NCBI GenBank assembly: GCA_002104905.1
Contig: MCFE01000036.1
Location: 62,001 to 126,000 of the forward strand
DNA: 64,000 nucleotides
Origin: Basidiobolus meristosporus CBS 931.73
Lineage: Eukaryota; Fungi; Basidiobolomycota
Direction of reading: 5' to 3'
Made by a program: the position numbers and the translations under genes. Under the pieces are notes generated by a model. The model was not told the DNA's origin, did no database searches, and saw only the letters and a program-made list of their open reading frames with translations. This document shows positions 36,371-49,562 of the stretch, piece by piece (the stretch's first letter is position 1; the number at the start of each line of letters is the position of its first letter).

Positions 36371-37440
36371 TGTAGTGAGGTGACAGTGACACCCACTGAC
36401 AGATGTGCTTATTCCCATGTTTCCTACTGCCCTGTTTCTCTACTACCCTTATTTTAGTTTTATCCCATTTGTCTTACCTGATCTGTGCCATCCCCTAAGC
36501 TGGTTGACTATCACACCTGCTCACCTTATTGCATAAGTTATCCCCCACTTTATGTAAGATTACTAGCAGTAAGTGTTTCTATATTAGGCAAGTACCCGCC
36601 CCTGTACCCATGACACATGATCAACCCATGTCACCATCCTTACCATTTCCATACCATATATGGTATCCCTATGTTACACAGGTTTCAGAGTACTGATTCC
36701 TGATTGGTTGGATGTGCTGTGCCTCTTAGAACCTCCAGCACCTACTTAGAACATTCTTAGTTCATTCTGATGTCATTAAGGTTTCTATTGATATCTGGAA
36801 CCTTCTGGAACACCATGATTAGTAGTCACTTAGCCAGTGAGAAAAGTATATAAGGGAGGCTATCCCTCATCAATAAATCATCATCCCTTTTATCAATATA
36901 CCGCCTTGTTAATTAGTGTGCTCACTGCTACCTGCTGCTACCTGAACTTCCAACCTCAGATCACAGGACACTCCCAGGAAACCGTGCTGACAGCCAACTA
37001 ACCTTGGAGGCACTACATGAGAGGAATACTTGGAGTAGGTATCTTTTATTATATTTGATTCTTTCCCAAGTTTATTTGGATACAGGCAAAGATACTTCTC
37101 AGTCTTTGTAACTGTTGACCACAGCTGCATTTTTATCAAGTCACTGCTGGTGGAGTTTACAGTTGTTTTGAATTTGGAAGCTTTAGTACATTGTCATCTC
37201 AAAGAACACTGAACCCAGCACATATTTTTGTTAAGATGCCAACTAAGTTGGGGATTGTAGCTCAATAGTTTTCCCTTGACAAGCTTGTGGCTTTATTCCT
37301 CACCACATTAGATCAGAGACAGAACTTAAGTATCCCTAGCAAGCTTTTGCCAGAGGTTTGTGCACCCAGTGAACACCCCGCACACAATACACTTGAGAAG
37401 TGTTGGATGTATCTCTCCCTTGGACCTATACACCACCACA
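36371..37440 (+). repeat. LTR family B copy
   Basis: TGTAGTGAGG...CACCACCACA, homologous along its length to the other B copies. Confidence 0.88.
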
Positions 37441-37718
37441 GTAACAACCTCACATGATTTATCAGTGGATGGACTGTTGGGCTCACTTAACTCCTCAAAG
37501 TATTGTTGGCAATTTTTTCCATGGGTGCTGTCCCATTGCATAATGGGATTTTGCCAGGCTCATGCAGGGTACTTTTACTAGGGAATATAGGCTCACAATC
37601 CATGAGTGATCCTGCTTCTTCAGAGCTATCACTCTGAGTGCCATATTCAGAAGGCTGAGGTGAGCCCAAAGGTATCACAAACTCACCTAACTCAGTTTGT
37701 GCAATGTGACAAGCACAG
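37441..37718 (-). mobile_element. CACTA fragment between two direct B LTRs
   Basis: Reverse-complement similarity to 47550-47800 (EFVIPLGSPQPSE). Confidence 0.75.
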
Positions 37719-38765
37719 TGTAGTGGTGTCACAGTAATGCCCACTGACAGATGTGCTCATTCCCATATTGTCAACTTCTCTATTTTTCTACTACCCATAT
37801 TTTAGTTTTATTCCATATGTCTTACTTGATCAGTAATATCCCATAAGCTGGCTGACTATCACAAAAGCTTACCAGATTACAAAAGTTATTCCTCACTTTT
37901 TGTAAGATTACCTCATGTAAGTGCTTCTATATTGGGCAGGTACCCATGCCAGTACCTGTGACACATGACCAGACTGTGTCACCATCCCCACCATTTTCAT
38001 ATCATATATGGTACACCCATATTACACAGGTTTCAGAATATTGACTCCTAATTGGTTGGGTGTGCTGTGCCTCTTAGAACCTTCTGCATCTACTCAGAGT
38101 ATTCTTAGCTCATTCTGATGTGGCCAAGATTTCCATTTCACCACTGAAACATTGTGTAACACCATGATAGGTAATCACTTTGCTAGTGAGAAAAGTATAT
38201 AAGGGAAGCAATCCCTCAACAATAAATCATCATCCCTTTTATCAATATACCAATTTGATGATTAGTATGATTACTGCAACTTGCTGCTACCTGAACCCCC
38301 AATCCCAAACTGCAGACACTCCCAGAAAACCAAGCTGACAGTCAATTGACCTTGGAGGCACTACTTGTGTGAAATGCTCATAGTAAATATCTTCTATTAT
38401 ATTTAATTCTTTTCCAAGTTTGTACTTTTATGGGCAGAGATACTTATCTGTCTTTGTAACTATTGGCCAAAGCTGCATTCTTATCAATTCCCAGCTGGTG
38501 GACTTAAAGTTGTTTTGAATTTGGAAGCCTTAGTACATTGTCATCTCAAAGGATGCTGAACCCAGCACATACTTTTGTTAAGATGCCAACTAAGTTGGGG
38601 ATTGTATCTCAATAGTTTTCCCTTGACAAGCTTGTGGTTTTGTTGCACATCACATTATAGTAGAGACAGAACCCAAGTATCACTATCAAGCTTTTGCTAC
38701 AGGCTATTGCTCCCAGTGAACACCCCACGCACATAACATTTGGGAAGTGTTGGACATATCTCAAG
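37719..38765 (+). repeat. LTR family B copy, 3'-truncated
   Basis: TGTAGTGGTG start; ends against a Copia-A LTR fragment. Confidence 0.85.
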
Positions 38766-38769
38766 CCTA

Positions 38770-38903
38770 TTTTAGATGTTTGTTATGTCAAGACCATGCA
38801 AATGTATAAATATTACTTTTACATTCAATATATCATCAAGTGAAAACCACCTAATCTACTTTTTCTCCTAATCACTCCCAATATCTCCAAGACTCTTACA
38901 ACA
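38770..38903 (+). repeat. Copia-A LTR 3' fragment
   Basis: ...gttatgtcaagacc...ctccaagactcttacaaca, as at 4430-4545. Confidence 0.8.
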
Positions 38904-40304
38904 GATATTACTTATATTAAGAATTTAGTCATCACTGATTTGCAATGGCTTAATTTGGGTTGCAAAAAATGTGCTATTTGGATCATGACTGCTGATAGCA
39001 ATTCTATGCAATTTGATCATTTTCTCCTGGTATTTTTTCTCACAGGAATTAATACTGAAACATTTGGCAGTGATTTGCTTTGCACACCTAAAATACTTGT
39101 TGACTATCATCTTGGCTACATGTGTATTTGTAGTCAGTATTTTGCCTCCTAGTAGATGAGTGCAATGCTGCAGCTTAGTGGCACTTAATTGCTCTGGAGG
39201 ATGCTACAGAACCAGCCTGCATGGCCATGTGCTGACAAGTTCCCTATGAAAAATTATTGAGATGATCCCGTAAAAAGGCCATCACAAAGTTAAAGTCTTG
39301 TGACTAAGAGGTACTGATCTGTCAGGACACTGTCTAGAGACCATTGAAGAATAAATGCACCCCAGATTTCACAAAAAACTTAGTCAAAATTTTTCATCAC
39401 AACAGTTTTTAAGTGGCTTTTGATTGGTTCCATGCCTATTTGCTCACTTTCTAGTCCTGGACACTCTATTGCCTCCTATGTCTGTGTGCATTGATTGGCT
39501 ATTACCTCTTTTTCACAATCCTTACTTCCTGACTCAACCATTTCTCTTACTTTTCATGTGTACCAATTGATTTATTTCCGTTGAAACTTCAGTTGTATCT
39601 CAATTGCTAATTTATTGACCTATACAAGTCCATATACCATACACTAACATTAAGCCCAACCCCACACTCAACAAGTAACTCCATTAAAGTCCAACACTCA
39701 ATAAGTATATCTGCTGTAATGCTCTGGTTCCATGACTTGAGTGGAAATCCAACAACTTTATGCCACTATTCATTCACTGGTCCCCACACATCCTGGTCTT
39801 CAGCCAGCACTGTAAGGTCTAGCACCTCATCTGCCAGTCTTTGCAACAAATCCTTGCAATATTCCAGTGCATTTTCTTGAGCACTGCTCTTGAAGAAGTG
39901 CTGCAACCTCTTAGTGCGCCTATTAATGCTCCAAAACTCCACTGAAGGCATTGTGATAGTCTTTTGAGCTCTTGATGTTGTGGTAGGGTAGACATACCTC
40001 CCACAGACAAGCTTATTCATATAGCCATTATGATATACTTATCCATACTTTATCTTATCAGTATTATCCCATTCTTCTATTGCCCACATTATCAGTATTA
40101 TCCCCACATGATGTTTACCCTAGTTAGTTATTAGCATTAGTTAACCCAGATGTTATTCAGCTTTGTGATCAGTGTATGTATCTACATAAGGCAAGTACCC
40201 GCGTCAGTACCTGTGACACTTGACCTAGGTCTGTGCTACCATGCCTACCACTTCAATACCATATATGATATTTCTATGTTGCACAGGTTTCAAACTACTG
40301 ATTC

Positions 40305-43300
40305 TGTTGAAATATTGGACTATTTGGTATCATTCAGCAGCTAAAAATTTACTTAACAATTCTAGATTAGTCTTAGTCACTGTAGGACTCATTTACTGCC
40401 TTAACTTTGCCACTTTCTCCAGATATATGATCTTATGATTATTCCCCTATAGTTAGGATCAAATTAGCACTATTACCAAACATTATGTACTAACCCTGAA
40501 ACTGTTACAGAATGCTCCTGAATATTGAGAAACCCTCCCTACTTAGTGTTGCAGCTGTATTACTTCTACAAAGGTATAAATACTGAGCTTCTTTATGAAT
40601 AAACAACAGTTCAACTATTATTACTATTTCTTGATAAGTTCCTTATATCCAAATCACTTCTTAAATTGCAACAGGTTATGAGCCCCAATTGCCTTAATCT
40701 ATTCTAAAGATGACTTCTACCAGCAAACAAAGCAATACCAACATCTTCCCTGTAAAGGAGAGGTTTGATGGGAAGAACTACAGACTTTGGAGAATTAAGA
40801 TGCAGATCCACCTTGAGGAAAGAAAGCTTTGGAACATAGTAACAGGAAAGGAAGTTGAGCCCAAAGGAACAGCAGAAGATGTGGAGAAGTTTCAAGAGAA
40901 GGAGAGAAAGGCCTTCAATGCAATATGCATCAATGTGCAAGACTCCTTCATTGGACAAATCCATGCCTCAAATACTGCCAAAGCAGCATGGGAATCCTTA
41001 GAGAAGATCTTTAGAGCAAAGTCAGTATCAAGCAAGCTTTATTTGAAACAAAAGTTCTTCAACATGAGAAAAAAGCCAGATGATGACATGCTACAACTCA
41101 TTACCAGAATGGAGACACTTGCAGAAGAACTTTACAGTATTAATGCTGGTGTAGATGATGAAGAAAAGATACTCTGTCTGCTTTGCAGCCTACCAGACGA
41201 GTATGAGCCACTCATACTTTCTTTTGAAAGCAGAGAAGACAACTTGACTTTAGACTATGTCAAAGGAAGACTTCTCCATGAAGAACTCAGACGTAATGAT
41301 CAAGCAGAGAAAGTTGAAGATAATGCTTTATTCAGCTCAGAAAGGCATACAGAAAAGAAGGGAAAGCAACAAAACCGAAGAAAACCTGGCTGCTGTAACT
41401 ACTGTAAGAAGCCAGGACACTGGGCAAGAGAATGCAAGAAGAAACAAGCAGACGAAAAACAGAAACCAGAGCAGGCAAACCATATAACTACTGATGAACA
41501 GCTATTTGTCACTGTACAAGTGAGTGCAAGTAACCAAAGTAATGAATGGTATATTGACTCTGGAGCATCACAGCATATTTGTGGTATAAAGGATTGGTTC
41601 AGCAACTTAAAGACTATTCCCGTAAGAAAGGTTTATCTGGGAGATAACTCTGCATTGGAAGCTACCACCAGTGGGTCTATACAACTAAATATGAGTGATA
41701 ACTCAGGGGCAACAACAGCAAAACTGACTGACGTACTCTATGTACCTGGAATAGCTAAGAACCTACTCTCAGTCAGTAAAGCAACTACTCAGGGACTGAA
41801 ATTTGTTTTTACTAAGCTGAGCTGCTCAATATTGAGTGAAAATGGACAAAAATTAGCTTCGGGAATCAGAGATCACAATATATACAAGTTACAATGCAAG
41901 ATCATTGTACCTGAGTATGTCAACATTGCTGAAACTGATGAAACCAACTGGGAGATGTGGCATAGGAGGCTAGGACACATAGGGGAACAGAAAATGAGCC
42001 AATTGGTGAAAAATCAGCTTGTTTTGGGCCTAAAATACTCAATTCCAATCAAATTGAATGTTTGTAAGGGATGTTCATATGGCAAACAAGCTAGGCAACG
42101 TTTCAAGAGCTCAGAAGGCATCAATACCACCGAAATATTGGCTATTGTACACTCAGACATATGTGGCCCCATGAGAACACTGTCCTTTGGAGCCAAGAGA
42201 TACTTTATGACGTTTATTGATGACAAGACAAGATATACATGGGTGTACTTCCTCAAAACAAAGGATGAAGCTATAGAGACGTTTAAGCACTTCAAGAACA
42301 TGGCAGAAACACAAACTGGGTGTTAATTGAAGGTACTACAAAGTGACAATGGAGGAGAATACTGCTCAAAGGAGTTTGCAAAATACTGCTTGTCTACTGG
42401 TATACTTCAACAGACCACAGTTCCTAATACTCCACAGCAAAATGGAGTAGCAGAACGTGCAAACAGAACAATAGTAGAGATGGGAAGATCTATGCTACAT
42501 GATAAGGGAATGGACTACAAGTTTTGGGCTGAATCTGTTGCTACTGCTGTATACATCAAGAACAGATGCACAACAACAGCACTACGTGATTCTACACCCT
42601 TTGAAGCATATACAGGCAAAAAACCAGATCTCCAGCACCTCAGGATCTTTGTCAGTGATGTTTTTTATCACATCCCTGACAAAAAACGCTCAAAGTTGGA
42701 ACCAAAGAGTAGAAAGGGATCTTTCTTGGGTATTGTGAAGATACTAAAGGGTATAGAGTGTATGATGGCAAAATTCAGAAGCTGATCAAGAGCAGGGACG
42801 TTGTATTTGAGGAAAATTCAGATCAGAAAGCCACAGAAATCATTGGCCAGCTGCCTGATGATGCAATCAACACAAATGAAGAAGATACGTACCAAATCCA
42901 GCCAGAGATGGAAGATACTTCCACCAGTTCTAGATCAGAACAGATTATCCCAGTTAGGAGATCTACCAGAATAAGAAATGCCCCTGGATCCTGGTGGCAG
43001 ACATTCAATGATCATGAAGAAGCTTATCTTGCCTTATGTGCCAAACCTCAGAATCTGGAACAGGCAATGCAAGGTCCAGATGCTACTAAGTGGCAACAAG
43101 CCATGCAGGAGGAGTACCAATCACTGATCAAGGCAAAAACGTGGGAACTGGCAGATTTACCAAATGGGAGAAAGCCAATAGGATGTAGATGGGTCTACAA
43201 GATCAAGATAACCTCAAATGGTGCCGTTGATAAGTACAAGGCTAGATTGGTAGCTAAAGGCTATTCCCAGATCCAGGGACTAGACTTTAAGGAAACACTT

Positions 43301-44989
43301 GCTCCGGTTGCCAAGTTTAACTCTATTAGGGCAGTTCTAGCCCTGGCAGCTGTACACAGTCTAGATCTACACCAAATGGACGTCAAAACAGCCTTTCTAA
43401 ATGGGGATTTGCAAGAAACTATATATATGGAGCAACCAAAAGGTTTTACCGATCCAAAATGCCCCCATAAGGTGTGCAAACTTAGAAAATTGTTGTATGG
43501 GCTTAAGCAGGCACCCAGAGCATGGTATAACAAGATTGACACATGTCTAGAGGAAATTGGGTTCTCTCATAGCACTGCAGATCACAGTATATATGTGAAA
43601 CAGCTCAAAAAGGGTGTGATCATCCTAGTTCTTTATGTGGACGACCTAATTATAGCTACAAGTGATCAAGAGGCACTTAAACAGACGAAATCAGATCTCT
43701 TCAGCAAGTTTGAGATGAAAGATCTTGGAAAATTGAGCTATTTTCTTGGAATTGAGGTCAAATTTGACATACCTACGCAGAAAATTGTGCTGAATCAGTC
43801 TAAGTACATCAGGGACATTCTTAGACGCTTCAAAATGGAAAATTGCAAACCTGCAGCAACCCCTATGGCCAATAACCTGAAATTAAGCAAATCTCAGCCA
43901 GTTATAGATGAAAACGGCTCAAATATGGACCAAAACTTTCCCTATCAATCAATGGTTTGTAGCCTAATGTACTTGATGGTGTCTACACGTCCAGATATTG
44001 CAGTAGCAGTTGGAATAGTCAGTCAATTCATGCAGAATTATGGATCAGATCAAATTGCAGCAGTTAAGCGGATTTTCAGATATCTACACGGTACCATAAA
44101 TATGGTACTGGAATACTCTGGAGCAGCAAATAGGCAAAAATTTGATGGTTATAGTGATTCAGATTGGGGTAGGGATTTGATTGACAGACGCTCTACCACA
44201 GGCTATGTATTTCTTTATGCTGGTGCAGCTATTACTTGGAATTGCAAGAAACAACCAACTGTGGCACTATCTACAACTGAAGCCAAATATATGGCTGCAT
44301 GTCAAGCAACTAAGGAGGCTATATGGCTACGAAAATTATTTAAAGACTTAGGTTTTAATTCAGGTGAACCAACATGTATTTACAAGGATAATCAAAGTTG
44401 TATTTCATTAGCTAGAAATCCTACTAATCATGCCAGAACTAAGCACATTGATATACAGCATCACTTTGTGAGGGAAGCTGTAGAAAATAACTTAGTGGAG
44501 CTGGTTTACTGCCCAACTGACAAAATGGTGGCAGACATATTGACAAAACCATTAGCTAGGCCACAGTTTGAGATCCTTAGAGAGAAATTGGGATTAAGAA
44601 ATTATTTAGTTGAGGGGGAGTGTTGAAATATTGGACTATTTGGTATCATTCAGCAGCTAAAAATTTACTTAACAATTCTAGATTAGTCTTAGTCACTGTA
44701 GGACTCATTTACTGCCTTAACTTTGCCACTTTCTCCAGATATATGATCTTATGATTATTCCCCTATAGTCAGGATCAAATTAGCACTATTACCAAACATT
44801 ATGTACTAACCCTGAAACTGTTACAGAATGCTCCTGAATATTGAGAAACCCTCCCTACTTAGTGTTGCAGCTGTATTACTTCTACAAAGGTATAAATACT
44901 GAGCTTCTTTATGAATAAACAACAGTTCAACTATTATCACTATTTCTTGATAAGTTCCTTATATCCAAATCACTTCTTAAATTGCAACA
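40305..44989 (+). mobile_element. Full-length Ty1/Copia element (family B), young
   Basis: 369-bp LTRs 40305-40673 and 44621-44989 (2 differences), PBS ggttatgagccc 40674-40685, PPT tgagggggag, perfect TSD GATTC; inserted in a B-LTR fragment. Confidence 0.96.
40710..44626 (+). pseudogene. Copia-B gag-pol, one nonsense codon (42324-42326) and one frameshift (about 42730)
   Basis: CNYCKKPGHWAREC knuckle, WYIDSGAS, WHRRLGH...CKGC, SDNGGEY, YVDD and RNase H; the stop lies inside the 3' LTR. Confidence 0.94.
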
Positions 44990-45239
44990 GATTCCTGATT
45001 GGTTGGATGTGCTGTGCCTTTTAGAACCTTCCAGGACATTCTTGGCGTATTTTTAGCTCATGGTGATGACATCAAGAATTCCACTGAAGCCTAGAATGTT
45101 CTAGAACCTTGCAATTAGTAATCACTTGGCAATCAGGAAAAATATTTACAGGAAAGCAATCCCTCATCAATAAATCATCCCTTCTATCAGTAGCACTTCT
45201 ACCTTATTGGTTAGCAGTTGATCACTGCACCTGCCTTCA

Positions 45240-46870
45240 ACAGTACATCTCAGACCTGCCATCAAGGAGCTTTTCAGGGTAGTGCATAAGACACACAGAG
45301 GCCTTTGAAGACACTTGGAGCATCTAGGAAGCTAGAGAAGCAGGAGCTTTTACCATAGTGACATATTGACAAAGACACCAGCAGTTTAGACACAGAGGTT
45401 ATTGCACCCATCAGACACCTCACACACCTTGAGTTGTGTAACTTCTCCCAGGAGTACCTCTACCCCACCACAACATTGTATCTGTTTCTGTAAGTGGGAT
45501 CTCCACTCTGTCAACAATGAAGCATGTGGAGGCTGTGGTAGACAAATTGCCTTTTTTAGCAAAATTATATACCTTGCTGGAGTGTAGCTCAACTGGCTGC
45601 GCTTCCAACTTTTGTGAAAACAGCTTTTTTCTTGTTGGTAACTCTTCTTGGCTATGATGGGATTCAGTCTGTTCCTAGCTTGTGGTGTTAATTGGCAAGA
45701 ACTGCAGCTTCTTTGCATGCCTCCATGTCTCAGGCTTGGGTAGACATTCTCCCTTTACCTTTTCATTTATCACTGCCAGATCTTTCACTGCTACTTTTTC
45801 TGAGTGCATCTTGTAAAGAACTACATTTTCTCCTGGATAAACTCTGCTCTGATGCATCTGTTTTGGCCTACTTGTCCCTTGCTGGCACTCTTCTGGCAAT
45901 CTAATGTTTCTTATCCACTTGTCTTAGGCTCTCAACTGTAGTTGTGACACGCTCCTGTAAAAACAGCTGGCTTTTACCACTGCCAGGTCATTCACTGCTA
46001 CTTTGACTGGCTGCTTCTTGAGCAGTGCTACACTATTTCCTTGATACATGCTGTGCTGGTGCATCTGTGTCTGTCTGCTTTTCCCTAATTAGGACTCATC
46101 CAGCTACCTGACATCTCTTTGACACTTGTCTGGAGCTTGGGCCCTGCTTGTAACAGGTTCATGAGGAAGCTGCTGGTTTTTAGCCATGGCACCCTTGTTC
46201 TTCTGCCTTTGATAGTTTCTGCTATTCTTAAGATACTTTCTTAGCATACCAATGCTGGCCCAAAATCTGTTCGCCCATTTGAATCCTGGATAATGCTCAT
46301 GGAACAAGTCAGGTGCTTTCTACTTGGCCTTGAGTTCCTGATGGTCCCATAGAATGCCGGCCTTAAGGTGATGGCATGCTAGACTTCTGATGGCCTCTTG
46401 TATATTAGCTCACTCTTCAATATTTCACTCAGCATCTTCACAGATCTTCAATGTCTTTTAATTTTTAGGCTTTGGTATAAACACCAGATTATCTTCCTCC
46501 CGTACTGTAATAGGTTTTTCTGTGGGCTTTATCTTTGGGCACTGTTGGTGTGCTTCAAAGACTGTACTGTGTTCCTCTGCTGTTACATTGGGAAATGGCT
46601 CAATTCTTGGCTGTGACATTGAGCGACTTGAGTTCCTTCTTTACAGCAAATATATTGCTTTATCTACCTGGTATATTGATTGCTCACATGTGTTATCTGC
46701 TCATCCTGTTTCCTGATTTCTCTGGGCCATTGCATCTATGCTACCAGCCACTGCACCTAATTGCTTCATCAATGCTTTTGTACAAGCTGACAATATACTT
46801 GCTAATATGGGTGGTGGTGATGTTATTATGGCAACTTGCCAATCCTCAACTAAGGGTACTGTGTTTGCTA
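45240..46870 (-). pseudogene. CACTA accessory gene remnant, divergent from the transposase
   Basis: Short minus-strand ORFs (46104..46307 FHEHYPGFKWANRFWASIGMLRKYLKN; 45675..45899 with KVAVKDLAV) are conserved in copies at 54350-56500 and 61392-62258. Confidence 0.5.
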
Positions 46871-47327
46871 CATTAACGGTTAGCTTGTAGCTCTGCCAAG
46901 GTCCTCAATTGCTTACTAAACTAAGAGCCTGAGAAGTCCGTATTATTACCTTCAATGGGCGCACTGTACAGAGAGTCTTTTTTGGATGTAGCCCTCCTTG
47001 TTGCACTGAATGTCAAAGCAAGCTGTTCTCCAACCGTTCTTCTGTTGCCTCAGCAGTGGGGTTTAGTTGAGAACCAGACAACTTTGCTTTATTTTTTGGC
47101 AGCATATATATGGAAATGAGCCAAACCAAAGGTCAAATAGTGTTACATATATGGGTGTATGTAGTGCCACAACTTTATTTATAATGCCTACTATGGCAGT
47201 TCATCATTGAATCTTACATTCATGTAGGTGCAATGTCTCAAATATAAGACTGTCTTAAGTTTGCATGAGTACTGATCAAAAAGTGATATAATAGCATTAC
47301 GTTGTTGAAGATCAAACTGTTTGCCCT

Positions 47328-49562
47328 ATGGACAAGACTACTTTGATTCAATGCCATCAGAGAAGAGAAAAAAGACTGTGCGGCTATGGTGGCAAACCTC
47401 TCAGCCATGAACCATGCAGACAGCATAGAAAGTATTACAAGGATCATGGCCAGTGTTTTGCCACCCAAGTCATATATAACCATTCATTGGCCACTACTGT
47501 ATCAGCATTATCTTGCCAGCAAGTTGATACTTCTATAATGACACCTGGCCATCTTTGTCACCTTGCACAAACTGAGTCCAGTGAGTTTGTGATGCCTTTG
47601 GGCTCACCTCAGCCTTCTGAATGTGGCACACAGAGTGATAGCTATGACAAAGAAGGCTCACTGATGGATTTAGAGCTTATATCCCCTAACAACAGTGCCA
47701 CATATGAGCCTGGTGAAATCCCTATATGCAATCAGACAACACCTGTTGAAGCAAACGCTAAGGATACTTTGTGGAGCCAAGTGAGCACAGTAATCCATCT
47801 ACTGGTGAATGATGTAATGTTGTGACTAGAGAAGTGGTGCATTTCCACTAATATCAGTAATGGGGGCTTTGGGGATTTATTACTACTTCTTGACAAAATG
47901 ATACCAGGATACAACCTATCATGTATATGGTACAAGTGGACAACTGTAATGTGGCTGGCAACATATGATCCAGAGACTGTCCTGATTCCAGTATGTGTTA
48001 ATAGTTGCATGGCATTCACATCCAAAAATACTACCATTGCAACATGTCCAAATTGTCAAGAACCCACCACCATTAAGGGAAACTATTGTTCACACTCCGC
48101 AAAAATTCTGGTGATACCCTGTCTGAGGAAGCTGATGCAGTCCAATAAATATTGCAAAGCTATACAGTACTGCACTCAGTATCAATCAAGTGCCAACATA
48201 TCTGCTATATTTGATGGCAAACATTACAAACAGCTAAGAAGCAAGGGCTACTCTGAAGGTATGTACAACCATGCCTTTGATATAGCACTTGATGGATTCT
48301 CATTAAACAAGTATTCTACCAGCAAATCCTGCTGGCCACTGATTCTTGTTAATTGGAATATGCCGCCCATCTTATGGTATCAGAGCATTAATCTGATGGT
48401 AGTCTCACTGGAATCTAGGCCTAAATCACCTTTCAACCTGGATAGCCACCTGTATCCACAGCTGGATGAATTTTGTATGCTTTCCAATGGGATAACAGTA
48501 AATGACCATCATGTAAAAGCACATATTGTTATCTGCACTGGAGATACCCCAGCCATCAGCAAGATAGCAGGTTTTTCCAGGCACAATGGACAGTATTGCT
48601 GTTGAATATGTGAGATCCAAGGGATTTACTCCATAACTCACCCACATTATTATTACCCAAACACCATCACTTAGAACATCATCTTTTCACAAAGGGAATG
48701 AACAGAAGTAAGCAGGCAATTGCAGCAAAGTTAGCAAGCTACAAGCCATTGGCCAGAATATGGAATCACTTGGAAACCAGAGATTCTTATAATAGAGGGT
48801 GTTTGTGGTAGCAAAAGCTTCTCACTGCAAGCAATGCATTTGCATTTCGACAATATCCCTATACTGATGACTAAGTTGCACATGGGGCATTTCAAGCTAA
48901 ATGAGCCCTTTGATATACCAAAGAAATTTGAAAGAATTGGCTGGATATTACAGAGTATCTGATACCTTAAGTAATTCTCACAGGCTCCAGTCAGTATTCA
49001 TATGCATATGCAACAATACAAATGCAAAGACTGGATGAACTGGATATGTATTTATTCAAGTAGTGTTCTGAAGCCATTCCTGCCAAGAGTACATTGGAAG
49101 CATTGGGAGTCATATGTGGACATTGTAGAAATATTTATCAAAAAGCAGATCACCATTGCCAACTTGATGCATCTACAACTGTTGTGTGAGGAGTTTGTGA
49201 CAGGATTTGAGTGGCTATACTACAAACATAAAGCTGAACACATAGATCTCTGCCGCTACTGTATCCATTTTCTACTCCATCTTGCACAGTGAGTAGAGAA
49301 TATTGGGCCTTGCTTCACCTTGTGGGAGTATCCTATGGAGCACATGTATGGGGAGATAGGAGGACAAGTCAAGTTTCAAGTACTACCATATCCCAATCTC
49401 ATCAAGAATATTACCTTCAAGTCTGTCATGGATGTGATGAGTTGGCACATGGAGGTCAGCCAGAAAGAGTTGGAAAATGCTGAGAACAAATACGTACATG
49501 GAGACACCTTTGCATATGGCATTAAGAAGCTAAGCAGCCCCAATATGCGGGTAATCAGTTAA
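47328..49562 (+). pseudogene. CACTA/EnSpm transposase (Transposase_21/Tnp2-like), degenerate
   Basis: CVNSCMAF...CPNCQEP, DIALDGF, WPLILVNWNMPP, TGDTPAISKIAGFSRHNGQYC, HWKHW, HFLLHL, WEYPMEHMYG. Confidence 0.85.
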
